Counted from the first letter of the stretch, positions 9,783 to 19,770 are shown. The stretch: 46,501 nucleotides of DNA from an uncultured Marinobacter sp. (GCF_963974375.1 NZ_CAXBDN010000001.1:1-46501), one strand, 5' to 3'. Notes: generated from the sequence alone by a model not told the origin. Numbers and translations are program-made.

Positions 9783-10496
9783 TTGCTGACCAACCAGCGA
9801 GTTCTTGTCATCGGAGGTAGTTCAGGAATCGGAGAAGCCACCGCTTTGCGGGCTGCCAGCCAGGGTGCCCGGGTAACCATCGCATCCAGAACGACCGACC
9901 GGCTTGAGTCCGCCCTGACACGTCTACCTGAAGGCGTGTCTGCCCGGTCGCTGGACGTGTGCATCGATCCCGATGTTGAACACTTCTTTACGACTCATGA
10001 GCCCTGGCACCACGTGATTCTGGCCGGATCTTCCACCCAGGTAGGCTCGATAAAATCACTTCCGCTTGAGCAGGCCCAGGCCGGTATGCAGAACAAATTC
10101 TGGGGGGCCTATCACGTCGGGCGTCATGCCCGGATCGTCAAAGGCGGGTCACTGACCTTCGTTTCTGGTGTCTATGCCCAGCGCCCCAACGTCAACGCGG
10201 TGTTGCAGGGTGCAATCAATGCCGCGGTGGAAGGGCTGATGAGGGGGCTTGCGCTGGAGCTCGGGCCATCCGGCGTGAGAGTCAATGCGGTATCGCCAAG
10301 CACCACCGCGACACCTCTCTGGGACCGCCTGGGCGCGGCCGGGCGTGAGCAGAAGTTTTCCGACATGGCGCGACGCCTGCCAGTCGGCAGGGTGGCCCTG
10401 CCAGATGATATCGCCCAGGCCATTCTTTTCGCCGCCACCAATGGCTTTGCCACCGGCTCCACCGTGCTGGTGGACGGCGGCGATGCCCTGGTGTGA
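9783..10496 (+). CDS. Short-chain dehydrogenase/reductase (atypical, QxxxN in place of YxxxK)
   Basis: VIGGSSGIG Rossmann motif, VRVNAVSP and VLVDGG. TTG start after AAGGAG. Confidence 0.88.
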   Translation: MLTNQRVLVIGGSSGIGEATALRAASQGARVTIASRTTDRLESALTRLPEGVSARSLDVCIDPDVEHFFTTHEPWHHVILAGSSTQVGSIKSLPLEQAQAGMQNKFWGAYHVGRHARIVKGGSLTFVSGVYAQRPNVNAVLQGAINAAVEGLMRGLALELGPSGVRVNAVSPSTTATPLWDRLGAAGREQKFSDMARRLPVGRVALPDDIAQAILFAATNGFATGSTVLVDGGDALV

Positions 10497-10527
10497 TCCC
10501 ACATCACCGATTCCGAGGAGAAACCTT

Positions 10528-11508
10528 ATGAAACTTCTGAACGTTCCGGTCATTGACCTTGAACCCTTTCGCCATGGCGACGACGCCGACAAGCAAGCCG
10601 TTGCCGAAGCCGTTGACCGGGCCTGTCGCGACATCGGTTTTCTGGTCATCAGCGGCCACGGGGTCAGCACCGACCTCATCGCCCGCACCCGGGAGATCTC
10701 ACGGGCCTTTTTTGATCTGCCACTGGCTGAAAAACGGAAAGTTGCACGGCCATCCGTTGAGACAACCCGGGGATACATTGGCGTCGATGAAGAATCCCTG
10801 GCCCGTTCCCGGGATCCCAAGGCACCCGGCAGCGACCTCAATGAAAGTTTCATGATCGGACCAGTAGACACCCCGGCGGCGGATTACGCCTGTGCACCAG
10901 AGGCCGGAAAGCATTTCGCTCCCAACATGTGGCCGGAGAATCCACCGGAACTGAAAGAAATCTGGTCCGATTATTACCGGGAAATGGGCTCGCTGGCGGC
11001 CTTGCTGATGCGCATTTTTGCCATGGCACTGGGCCTTCCGGAAGATCACTTCGATAACAAAATTGACAAACACATCAGCCGCCTGCGGGTCCGCAACTAC
11101 CCGGCGCAACTGGAGACTCCTGCTCCAGGTCAGATCCGGGCCGGCGCCCATTCCGATTACGGCAGCCTGACCATCCTCGCCACTGAAGACAAACCCGGCG
11201 GACTGCAGGTCTGCAACGCCAATGGCGACTGGGTTGACGTACCCATCGTGCCGGACTGCTTCATCATCAACATCGGAGATCTGCTGGCCCGCTGGACCAA
11301 TGACACCTGGGTCTCCACCCTGCACCGGGTGGTCAATCCGCCAGCCGGTGCCGGCAGCGAGACCCGCCGCCAGTCACTGGTGTTCTTCCATAACCCCAAT
11401 TACGACGCAGATATCACCAACCTGATACCAGAGACGACAGCCAAATACCCACCAACCACTTCCGGTGATCATCTCAGAGCACTTTATATGGCGACCCAGA
11501 ATGGCTGA
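10528..11508 (+). CDS. 2OG-Fe(II) oxygenase, isopenicillin N synthase family
   Basis: VPVIDL, ACRDIGFLVISGHGV, HSDYGSLTIL (HxD), STLHRVVNP and RQSLVFF. Start at ATG 10528 after GAGGAG. Confidence 0.92.
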   Translation: MKLLNVPVIDLEPFRHGDDADKQAVAEAVDRACRDIGFLVISGHGVSTDLIARTREISRAFFDLPLAEKRKVARPSVETTRGYIGVDEESLARSRDPKAPGSDLNESFMIGPVDTPAADYACAPEAGKHFAPNMWPENPPELKEIWSDYYREMGSLAALLMRIFAMALGLPEDHFDNKIDKHISRLRVRNYPAQLETPAPGQIRAGAHSDYGSLTILATEDKPGGLQVCNANGDWVDVPIVPDCFIINIGDLLARWTNDTWVSTLHRVVNPPAGAGSETRRQSLVFFHNPNYDADITNLIPETTAKYPPTTSGDHLRALYMATQNG

Positions 11509-11638
11509 CAAAGCCCGGCAGCACCGGTAAACGCAGCCTGTCCCGGACGGAACCCATACACAACCTTTGTATAACGCCGGTTATCGCCTCTCCGGAGCCG
11601 CCCAAATCCCTCAGCGGCTCCGGTTCTTTCCTCAGTAG

Positions 11639-11668
11639 TTGTCATACTGACACTTGTCAGGCTACCAT
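11639..11668 (+). promoter_or_regulatory. tetR promoter with operator A
   Basis: TTGTCA-N18-TACCAT with the palindrome CTGACACTTGTCAG(GCTA) at 11647-11664. Confidence 0.65.
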
Positions 11669-11786
11669 CAGTGGAACAAGAAAAATAAACCTACACCGCG
11701 CCTGGCGATGGTTGGCGCTGTTCTGTTTTAACCAGGCAGCCCCGGCTTTGTGGCCACCATTTATCCAATCTGATCGGAGGACGCGC

Positions 11787-12476
11787 ATGGAAGCTGACAA
11801 CAAGGATAATAATCCGGAACTTACTGGCAGCGACCAACTGACCGAAGCCGTCGTCGACGGTGTACAGGACACATCCCTGACCGAGTTGCGCAGGGACCAG
11901 ATTTGCGAGGCGGCGCTTGAGCTGTTCCTGAAAAAAGGGTTTGCCTCAACCACCATTCGTGACATCTGCGCCCAGTCAGGTGTCAATCAGGCCAGCATCT
12001 ACGATTACATTGCCAACAAGAACGACATTTTGAGGCGGCTATTGAACAAGCTTTGGTTCAGCTCGGATGTGGTCAATCTGGCAGATCGCATTGTTCAGCA
12101 TCAGGATGCGCCGTTTGAGGAGCAGGTCACCGAGTACCTGAGGGACTCCTGGACCAAAAAACGCAAGGGAACCTTACTGGCTTACCGGGCGGTGCCACAC
12201 CTGCAGGAGGACGACCGCCGCGCCATGCGCATACGGGATGAGACCGTCATCCACTCATTGGCCAGCCAGCTCAGGCGCATGGCAAAACTGGCTGACAACG
12301 ATCCCCGGGCAGAGATCCTCGCCAACCTGATCATTTTCATGGCCGCCTTCGCCCCGATGCGGGACTGGCTCCACAAGAACGTCGATGACGAGATCATTCT
12401 GTCCACTGTTGCTGCCGGCATCAATGCCATGGTGGTCCACCTGGCCGAGCAGCCAAACGAACCGGCCGAACTCTGA
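11787..12476 (+). CDS. TetR/AcrR family transcriptional regulator
   Basis: RRDQICEAALELFLKKGFASTTIRDICAQSGVNQASIYDYIANKNDIL HTH. ATG 11787 follows GGAGG. Confidence 0.9.
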   Translation: MEADNKDNNPELTGSDQLTEAVVDGVQDTSLTELRRDQICEAALELFLKKGFASTTIRDICAQSGVNQASIYDYIANKNDILRRLLNKLWFSSDVVNLADRIVQHQDAPFEEQVTEYLRDSWTKKRKGTLLAYRAVPHLQEDDRRAMRIRDETVIHSLASQLRRMAKLADNDPRAEILANLIIFMAAFAPMRDWLHKNVDDEIILSTVAAGINAMVVHLAEQPNEPAEL

Positions 12477-12495
12477 CCTGATTTCCGGCCCATAC

Positions 12496-12534
12496 AAAAA
12501 AGCCGGTCAGCCATGGAATGGCTGACCGGCTTTT
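12496..12534. terminator. Bidirectional intrinsic terminator
   Basis: AAAAAAGCCGGTCAGCCAT-gga-ATGGCTGACCGGCTTTT between convergent genes. Confidence 0.85.
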
Positions 12535-12555
12535 CAAGTCCTTCGGGAAAGGTTG

Positions 12556-14490
12556 TCAGGCTGTTGCCAGACCTCCGCCCCCTGCCCGGTTCTGACGCCA
12601 GACCACAAAGTACATCACCGCGCACAACAAGCCGCCGACGATGGTGGTCCAGAATCCCGGGAAGCTGAAGGCGAAGCCTGCGGCCACGAACGGCAGCTTG
12701 AGCCAGCCACTGACCTTGCCCGCGCCCAGCATATAGCCTTCGAGGCCACCGGAGATAAACATGATGCCGACAATGATTGATGGCAACACATAGAACAACG
12801 GCGTCAGATCACCCTGCAGCACCAATGCCGGCTGGAACAGGAAGAACAGAGGCACAAAGTAGATCACCACCCCCAGCCGCATGGCCGTGAACGACGTCTT
12901 CATGGGTTTGGCTCCGGCGATGGTGCCCGCCAGGAAGGCCGCTGCCCCCACCGGTGGCGTAATCACCGACAGCATCGCGTAATAGACGATGAAGAAGTGC
13001 ACCGCAACGGTATTCAGGCCACCGACCTCGATAATCGCCGGCGCCAGGGTCACCGCCAGGAAGATATAGGCGACGATGGCAAGGCCCGCCATGCCCATGA
13101 TGAAGCAGGCAAGAACACCGAAGAAGATGATCATATAGATGTTGCCACCGCCCATAGCCACCAGGCCGGACGTCAGTGATCCCGTCACACCGGTAATGGT
13201 CAGGGCACTGACCACAAACGCAATGGGCAGGATAATGGCGGCAGTCTGGGTGACCAACACCCCGATCTGACGAGCGGTCTCAAACAACCGGCGCGGTGTC
13301 ATCCGGGTTTCTTTCTGCAGGAAGGACAGGGCGATCATCAGAATGCAGGCATACCAGGGAGTGTAATACTCCCAGCGCATGTACAGCAGCCCCCAGATCA
13401 GGAAACCCAGAACCAGCAGGAACGGCCAGCCGCGCATCAATACCTTGCGGGTGGACGGCAGATCTTCCTGCGGCATACCTTTCATCCCGGTACGGGCAGC
13501 GTAGGCATCCACCTGCAGCATCAGGCCGAAATAGAACAACAGTGACGGGATGATGGCAGCCAGCAGCACTGTTGCGTAATCCACCCCGATGGTAATGGCC
13601 ATGACGAAGGCAATGGCCCCCATCACCGGAGGCATCACCACACCACCGGTAGACGCACAGGCCTCGATGGCTCCCGCATAATGGGCCGGATAGCCCACTT
13701 TTTTCATGGTGGGAATGGTGATCGAACCGGTACCGGCAATGTTCGAGAAAATGGAACCCGACAGACTGCCCATAAAGCCGCTGGCCACTACCGCAACCTT
13801 GGCAGGACCGCCACGATAGCGGCCAAAGCCGGCGTTGGCCAGATCGATAAAGAAGTTACCGGCTCCGGTCGCCAGCAGCACCCCGGCAAACACCAGGAAG
13901 CCCAGCACGATCTCGGCGACAATCTTGGTGGTGATGCCCATCATGCCTTCGGCACGGAAGACGTGGGCTTCGATCATGTATTCAAAAGTGTAGGGAATGC
14001 CCATCAGCAGTCCCGGGAAGTAATCCGCCACCAGCGGATACATACCCAGCAAAATAACCACCAGCAGGAAGGGAATCCCGCCACTGCGGCGGGCCAGCTC
14101 CATCATCAGTAACCAGATGACGACGCCCATATAGAGATTGGTCCAGCCCGCCTGCACCATGTCCCAGGCGTTGGCGGCAAAATAGAAACTGATGGCCAGC
14201 GAAACCGCAGCGGCGACCAGATCGTACACCGGCACTTTTTTCTGGCCGGGATACGCCGGCAGCGCAATAAAGGCTGCTGCCGTAAAGAAACCGATAAAAA
14301 CCCAGTAGTACTCACCTTCCAGCAAACGCTGGCCATTCCAGGTAAACCCGAAAATATAGGCAAGGCCCATCAAAAGTCCGCACACACTGAAGGTGACAAA
14401 GAGAATGCTTTGCCAGGAAAACAGTTGGCCGAGGCGGGTAATCTCGGACGGCGGTATGATTTCTTCATTAGGAGAGGAAGTAGTGGTCAT
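12556..14490 (-). CDS. TRAP transporter fused permease (4TM/12TM, TAXI type)
   Basis: Polytopic protein with RYRGGPAKVAVVASG, GSITIPTMKKVGY, IEACASTGGVVMPPVMGA, AVHFFIVYY and ITPPVG. Confidence 0.92.
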   Translation of the reverse strand: MTTTSSPNEEIIPPSEITRLGQLFSWQSILFVTFSVCGLLMGLAYIFGFTWNGQRLLEGEYYWVFIGFFTAAAFIALPAYPGQKKVPVYDLVAAAVSLAISFYFAANAWDMVQAGWTNLYMGVVIWLLMMELARRSGGIPFLLVVILLGMYPLVADYFPGLLMGIPYTFEYMIEAHVFRAEGMMGITTKIVAEIVLGFLVFAGVLLATGAGNFFIDLANAGFGRYRGGPAKVAVVASGFMGSLSGSIFSNIAGTGSITIPTMKKVGYPAHYAGAIEACASTGGVVMPPVMGAIAFVMAITIGVDYATVLLAAIIPSLLFYFGLMLQVDAYAARTGMKGMPQEDLPSTRKVLMRGWPFLLVLGFLIWGLLYMRWEYYTPWYACILMIALSFLQKETRMTPRRLFETARQIGVLVTQTAAIILPIAFVVSALTITGVTGSLTSGLVAMGGGNIYMIIFFGVLACFIMGMAGLAIVAYIFLAVTLAPAIIEVGGLNTVAVHFFIVYYAMLSVITPPVGAAAFLAGTIAGAKPMKTSFTAMRLGVVIYFVPLFFLFQPALVLQGDLTPLFYVLPSIIVGIMFISGGLEGYMLGAGKVSGWLKLPFVAAGFAFSFPGFWTTIVGGLLCAVMYFVVWRQNRAGGGGLATA

Positions 14491-14545
14491 GACGCCTCAG
14501 ACGAAGAGTTGCACAGTTGCTCGGGAACCAGGAGGCAAAGCAATG

Positions 14546-14574
14546 CGGATGTAGCGGGTAACCCACTACATCCG
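14546..14574. other. Intercistronic hairpin between the binding-protein and permease genes (likely mRNA stabiliser)
   Basis: CGGATGTAG-cGGG-taa-CCCa-CTACATCCG. Confidence 0.5.
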
Positions 14575-14587
14575 TATCCACTGGTTA

Positions 14588-15787
14588 TTACAGACGTGAA
14601 CGGAAGCCTTCCAGGCCTTCAGTATGACGATTCAGGATTTCAAGAAACTCCTCATTCTCATGACTGGCCTGAATGCGGTTCTCGCGAGCTTCTTCCATTG
14701 CAGCCGTGCGGGCCTCGATCCAACGATCCATTTTGGCAATGGCTTCGTTGTTCCAGACATCGTCCTCTTCAGTCCAGGCACCCACTTCTTTCAGGTAACG
14801 CACCGTGCCTTCATGAACCGGCAGCGGGCTGCGGTTCAGGTAATCGCGGAACACTTCAAGTGACATACGGGTAGCAAGGGCATGGGTGCCTTTGTAGTCG
14901 TCGTAGGACTCGTGGAACCATTTCGCCATGCTATAGGCGAAATCGGCGTCCACATCGGCGGGCACGCCATAGAGGAAGTTGGAGGCAAGACCATCAACGC
15001 CACGGGCGGTACTTACGCCCATGCCGATCTCAACGGGAACCACCATCGGACGATGGGTCAGGAAGCCACTCCAGGCCTCGCTGTTGTCCAGATCCATCGG
15101 TAGCCAGCGAATGCCACCCGGGGAGCCTTCCATCTCGGACAGTACGGAACTGATAGGCGCACAGTAGGCAACGTCCGTCTTGCCTTCGACCACCGAACGA
15201 CAATTTTCAACATAGCTGCTGGCAGGAACAAAGCGCAGGACTTCCTTGGCTTCTTCTTCCGACAGACCAAGATACGCTGGCAGCGCCTGAGTGACCGCTG
15301 TCACCATGGGCGGCGAAAACACACCCTGGGCGACCCGGACACCACCTTTTTTCAGGTCGTCCATGGTCTTGATATCGGAATCACCGGAAACCACGAAGCC
15401 CCAGGGCGTATCGTTGTGGTGCCACAAAATCCGCTGGGCAACCGGTTGGGTGCCGGCGTATCCGCCAATGCCCTGAACCTGGAAGCGAACCTCCGCGGCC
15501 GATACGGAGCTGATGGCAATATCCCGACGCTCGGTCAGACGACGATAACGCTGGGTCTCGCTGTCTTCAGGCACCACCCGGGTGTTTGAACCCATTTGCT
15601 GCTGAAAAATAGGGGCCCAACCGTTGGTGGAGGCAAAGCTGCCGCTGGAGGTACCTGGCGTACCGATAACCATCAGCCTTGGCATTTCGTAATCCGAGGC
15701 GTAGGCCATGCTGCTGGTGCCGATTGCAATGGCGGCAGCGATGGAAAGTGCAGAGCCCGCGGCCTGCCGTATGGTGAACTTTTTCAT
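14588..15787 (-). CDS. TAXI family TRAP solute-binding protein
   Basis: Signal peptide, N-terminal IGTPGTSSGSF, SDIKTMDDLK and PLPVHEGTVRYLKEVGAW. Lies upstream of the fused permease. Confidence 0.82.
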   Translation of the reverse strand: MKKFTIRQAAGSALSIAAAIAIGTSSMAYASDYEMPRLMVIGTPGTSSGSFASTNGWAPIFQQQMGSNTRVVPEDSETQRYRRLTERRDIAISSVSAAEVRFQVQGIGGYAGTQPVAQRILWHHNDTPWGFVVSGDSDIKTMDDLKKGGVRVAQGVFSPPMVTAVTQALPAYLGLSEEEAKEVLRFVPASSYVENCRSVVEGKTDVAYCAPISSVLSEMEGSPGGIRWLPMDLDNSEAWSGFLTHRPMVVPVEIGMGVSTARGVDGLASNFLYGVPADVDADFAYSMAKWFHESYDDYKGTHALATRMSLEVFRDYLNRSPLPVHEGTVRYLKEVGAWTEEDDVWNNEAIAKMDRWIEARTAAMEEARENRIQASHENEEFLEILNRHTEGLEGFRSRL

Positions 15788-15936
15788 GCTAAATTCTCCG
15801 GTGTTGTTTTTATATTCAATCAGTTACTGATCGCCGGAATCACTTCTCCCTGTTGTCTGGCGAGCCATACAACACGCCCCTCAATGCTGTTAATTAGCCT
15901 TTTGCTGCCAGACGTCATGTCGGCAAAAAAGCAGGG

Positions 15937-15977
15937 CTGACATCTGTCAGGCTATGCAGGAAAGTTGCAAAGGTCAA
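15937..15977 (-). promoter_or_regulatory. TAXI-TRAP promoter with operator B
   Basis: Minus strand TTGACC-N17-TAGCCT. Palindrome CTGACATCTGTCAG(GCTA) at 15937-15954 overlaps the -10 and start region. Confidence 0.65.
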
Positions 15978-16042
15978 GCTTTCTGACAACCACCGGTAAG
16001 GAAGAAACCGAGTATCTTCCCGGGTCTTGTCTACAATGAAGC

Positions 16043-16094
16043 TTGACAGAGTATTCCCGTCCGCCGTAGCGTTAGCCTGACAAGCGTCAGCCTA
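16043..16094 (+). promoter_or_regulatory. ACAD promoter with operator C
   Basis: TTGACA-N18-TAGCGT, followed immediately by (TAGC)CTGACAAGCGTCAG at 16073-16090. Confidence 0.65.
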
Positions 16095-16242
16095 ACGCGT
16101 GATCAAGTCATCATCCAGTTACAACGCGACCGGATTTCCGTCAGGGCTATAAGGGTGTCGGGCAAGAGTCCAGCAACATCTCTGTAACACCCGCGCCAAC
16201 GCTCTGCACAGCTCGGTATCATAAGAACAACCCAAGGAGAAA

Positions 16243-17544
16243 ATGCCAGTGAACGATGATATTTACAGCAATCCCCTACTGAACGATCTGACCATGTCAG
16301 AGAAAGCACGCCCTTTGTTGGAAGCGGTTAAAAAGCACATCCGCGACAACGTCGACCCCATTCTCGAAGAGTATGAGCGTCTGGGTGAAGGCCGTGCCGA
16401 CCGGTTCAGCTACGCACCCGGTCAGCTGGAGCTGCTCGAGGGTGCCAAGCAGAAGGCCAAAGAGTCCGGCCTCTGGAACTTCTTCCTGCCCAACGCCGAA
16501 ACCGGCGAAGGCCTGTCGAACCTGGACTACGCCTACATCGCCACCGAGCTGGGCAAGAACCCGCTGGCGTCCGAGACCCTGAACTGCTCCGCGCCGGACA
16601 CCGGCAACATGGAAGTTCTGGAGCGTGTCGGCACGCCGGAACAGAAAGAGCAGTGGCTGAAGCCCCTGCTGAACGGCGAAATTCGTTCCGCCTTCGGTAT
16701 GACCGAGCCTCACGTGGCTTCCTCAGATGCGCGCAACATCGGCACCACCGCAGTCCTGGAAGGCGATGAGTGGGTCATCAACGGCGAGAAATACTACATC
16801 TCCGGCGCCGGCGACCCCCGCTGCAAGATCATGATCACCATGGTCAAGACCAGCCCCGAGGCCGAATCTTTCCGTCAGCAGTCCCAGATTCTGGTACCCA
16901 TGGATACCCCGGGCGTGACCGTTGTTGGCCCCATGCACGTGTTTGGCCACGATGACGCACCCCACGGCCACATGCACATCAAACTGGATAATGTCCGCGT
17001 ACCCAAGGAAAACATCCTCTGGGGCGAAGGCCGTGGCTTTGAAATTTCCCAGCTGCGCCTCGGGCCAGGACGTATCCACCACTGCATGCGCTCCATCGGC
17101 GCTGCTGAAAAAGCTCTCGACCTGATGATCGACCGTGGCCAGACCCGCGAAGCCTTTGGCCGTCCGATCATCGACCTGGGCAAGAACATGGAAACTATCG
17201 GTCGCACCCGCGTCGAAATCGAAGCCATGCGCATGATCGTCCTCAAGGCCGCCAAGGCCATGGACGTCCTGGGTAACAAGGAAGCCCGTGTCTGGGTATC
17301 CCTGGCCAAGGCCATGGTGCCGGAGAAGGTCTGCAAGATCATCGACGATGCGATCCAGGTTCACGGCGCCACCGGTGTCAGCCAGTGGTCTCCGCTGTCG
17401 GACATGTACACCAAGCAGCGTACCCTGCGTCTGGCGGATGGTCCGGATGAGGTTCACCACAACGTGGTGGCCCGCGCCGAGGTGAGAGCCTACAACCAGA
17501 ACGAGTACCGTCACCGCGCCAGCGACTACGTCGACAAGAACTGA
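16243..17544 (+). CDS. Acyl-CoA dehydrogenase (FadE2 / ACAD10-11-like group)
   Basis: GLWNFFLP, NCSAPDTGNMEVL, MTEPHVASSDA, RLGPGRIHHCMR and RLADGPDEVH. Confidence 0.93.
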   Translation: MPVNDDIYSNPLLNDLTMSEKARPLLEAVKKHIRDNVDPILEEYERLGEGRADRFSYAPGQLELLEGAKQKAKESGLWNFFLPNAETGEGLSNLDYAYIATELGKNPLASETLNCSAPDTGNMEVLERVGTPEQKEQWLKPLLNGEIRSAFGMTEPHVASSDARNIGTTAVLEGDEWVINGEKYYISGAGDPRCKIMITMVKTSPEAESFRQQSQILVPMDTPGVTVVGPMHVFGHDDAPHGHMHIKLDNVRVPKENILWGEGRGFEISQLRLGPGRIHHCMRSIGAAEKALDLMIDRGQTREAFGRPIIDLGKNMETIGRTRVEIEAMRMIVLKAAKAMDVLGNKEARVWVSLAKAMVPEKVCKIIDDAIQVHGATGVSQWSPLSDMYTKQRTLRLADGPDEVHHNVVARAEVRAYNQNEYRHRASDYVDKN

Positions 17545-17577
17545 GTGTAACCACGCGACGCACCAAGGAGTCTGTTT

Positions 17578-18360
17578 ATGGAACTCAAAGACCGCATCGT
17601 CGTGGTAACGGGGGCGGCCGGTGGTATCGGCCGCGCTCTGGCACTTCGTTTTGCCCAGGAAGGTGCCCGCAAGGTTATCTGCGCCGACATTGACGGCGCT
17701 GGTGCTGAAGCGACCGCGAAGGAAATCGACGGTATTGGCCGCAAGGTCAATGTGGCCTCAGAGGACGACATCAAGGCACTGATTGATGACGTCGAAGCCA
17801 ACGTCGGCCCCATCGACCTGTTCTGCTCCAATGCGGGCATTCTGGTCCAGGGCGGTCCGGAAGCGGCAAACGAGGACTGGCAGCGGATCTGGGACATCAA
17901 CGTGATGGCCCACGTCTATGCCGCTCGTCACCTGGCGCCGCTGATGATCAGCCGTGGCGGTGGTTACTTCCTCAACACGGCCTCGGCCGCAGGCTTGCTG
18001 TCCCAGGTGGGCTCTGCCCCCTACGCGGTCACCAAGCACGCTGCGGTGGCATTGGCGGAGTGGCTGGCACTGACTTACGGCGACGATGGCATCAAGGTAT
18101 CGGTGCTGTGTCCCCAGGCAGTTCGCTCAGCCATGACAAAGGGCCACGAAGACGGCGTAGCCAGCATCAACGGCATGCTGGAACCGGAACCCGTGGCTGA
18201 GGCCTGCGTAAAGGCTATCGCCGAGGAAACCTTCCTGGTGTTGCCTCACCCGGAAGTGCTGAAGTACATGCGCAACAAGACCGACAATTACGATCGCTGG
18301 ATTGGCGGTATGCGCAAACTGAACCGGGCTTACAACCGGGAAAAAGAAGGTCAGCAGTAG
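17578..18360 (+). CDS. Short-chain dehydrogenase/reductase
   Basis: TGAAGGIG, SNAG and YAVTK catalytic motif. Confidence 0.92.
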   Translation: MELKDRIVVVTGAAGGIGRALALRFAQEGARKVICADIDGAGAEATAKEIDGIGRKVNVASEDDIKALIDDVEANVGPIDLFCSNAGILVQGGPEAANEDWQRIWDINVMAHVYAARHLAPLMISRGGGYFLNTASAAGLLSQVGSAPYAVTKHAAVALAEWLALTYGDDGIKVSVLCPQAVRSAMTKGHEDGVASINGMLEPEPVAEACVKAIAEETFLVLPHPEVLKYMRNKTDNYDRWIGGMRKLNRAYNREKEGQQ

Positions 18361-18389
18361 CGCCCTCACAAGGGGACATGACCTTACGG

Positions 18390-18424
18390 AAAGCCGGGCC
18401 TGATCACTCAGGGCCGGCTTTTTT
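18390..18424 (+). terminator. Intrinsic terminator
   Basis: AAAGCCGGgCCTGA-tcac-TCAGGgCCGGC followed by a T6 tract. Confidence 0.8.
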
Positions 18425-18624
18425 CTGAGGTTTCGCCCGTATGGCTACCAAGTCTGCACGCCAGACAAACTGAAAATCCGCCAGAATTTGACTTGTTTCA
18501 CAGCTTTCGCGACAGTACTGGTCGCCGACAAAACCAATCGCTTGCTCAACCTGAATTCACGCCACCGATTCACGGGTTTTATCAGTTCACACAGCAAGCT
18601 CCTGCAAACCAGAGAGAGAAAACA

Positions 18625-19770
18625 ATGAAAAAAACACAGCTCGCCATGAGTGTCGCCCTGATCGCCGGCATGACGGCTGCCTCCACCCTGAACGCAACCA
18701 CCCTGCGTTTTGCCTCGGGCTATCCTACCGGCTCTATTACCAGTGAAGCACTGGAGGTTTTCCAGGAAAAACTCAAAACCTACTCGGATGGCTCACTGGA
18801 CGTCAGGATTTTCGAGCTGTCATTGCTGAATCTGGCCGAAACTCCGCCCGGCATCCGTGACGGTATGGCCGACATGGGCGTGGTACTGACACCCTATTTC
18901 CCGCGGGACTTCCCCAATACCAACATGGTGGCGGAAGTATCCATGTCAGTAGAGCTGGGCAGCGAACCCCCCAGCCAGGTCGGCCTGGTCTATACCGGTG
19001 CCATGTCAGAATACATTTTGTTCCACTGCACCGACTGCCAGGACGAATTCGATGCCCAGAACCAGTTATTCCTGGGCAGTGCGGCAACGCCTCCCTACTC
19101 ACTGCTGTGTCGCGAAAAGATCGACAGCATGGAAGCACTGGCAGGCAAGAACCTGAGAACCTCCGGCGCCCAGTGGGCCCGCTGGGCGGAAGCCGTGGGC
19201 GCCAACCCGATTACCATGTCTGTTAACGAAATCTACGAAGGCCTGAGTCAGGGCGTGGTGGATTGCTCCGTCCAGTCCACCTCAGAACTGTCGGTGTTCA
19301 ACCTGTTTGAAGTGATCGATGACATCACTGTGAATTACCCCAGCGGTGTTTTCAGTGGGGTTGGTGCGGGCAATATCAACAAGCAGGCCTGGCAGGCACT
19401 GGACAACAGCCAGCGGGAAGCGCTGCTGAAAGCAGCGGCAAGCCTGTCCGCTGAATTCAGCTGGGGATATGAGGCCGGTGCGGTAGAAAACGAGGAAATT
19501 TCACGGAACCAGGGTATTGGCATCACCGAGGCCAGCGAGGAGATGCGGGAAGCCAACCGGACCTTTATCGAGGACGATCTTGAAGGCATCGCAGCCAACT
19601 ACTCCGAACGCTACGGCGTCGCCGACGCCCCTGAGAAAATCCGGGTGTTCCGGGAGTTGCTCACCAAATGGGGTGACCTGATCGACAATGTTGAAAGCGG
19701 CGAAGAACTGGCAGAGCTTTACTGGGAAGAAGTCTTCTCGAAAGTGGATGCCAGCAGCTACGGTAACTGA
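18625..19770 (+). CDS. DctP-type TRAP solute-binding protein (no dctQM nearby)
   Basis: Signal peptide, GIRDGMADMG, LAGKNLRT (conserved Arg), GANPITM and EIYEGLSQGVVD. Start at ATG 18625. Confidence 0.85.
   Translation: MKKTQLAMSVALIAGMTAASTLNATTLRFASGYPTGSITSEALEVFQEKLKTYSDGSLDVRIFELSLLNLAETPPGIRDGMADMGVVLTPYFPRDFPNTNMVAEVSMSVELGSEPPSQVGLVYTGAMSEYILFHCTDCQDEFDAQNQLFLGSAATPPYSLLCREKIDSMEALAGKNLRTSGAQWARWAEAVGANPITMSVNEIYEGLSQGVVDCSVQSTSELSVFNLFEVIDDITVNYPSGVFSGVGAGNINKQAWQALDNSQREALLKAAASLSAEFSWGYEAGAVENEEISRNQGIGITEASEEMREANRTFIEDDLEGIAANYSERYGVADAPEKIRVFRELLTKWGDLIDNVESGEELAELYWEEVFSKVDASSYGN

Noticed and set aside
12553-12562. Half-site TTGTCAGGCT resembling the TetR operator
   Set aside because: It is only a half-site and overlaps a stop codon away from any promoter.
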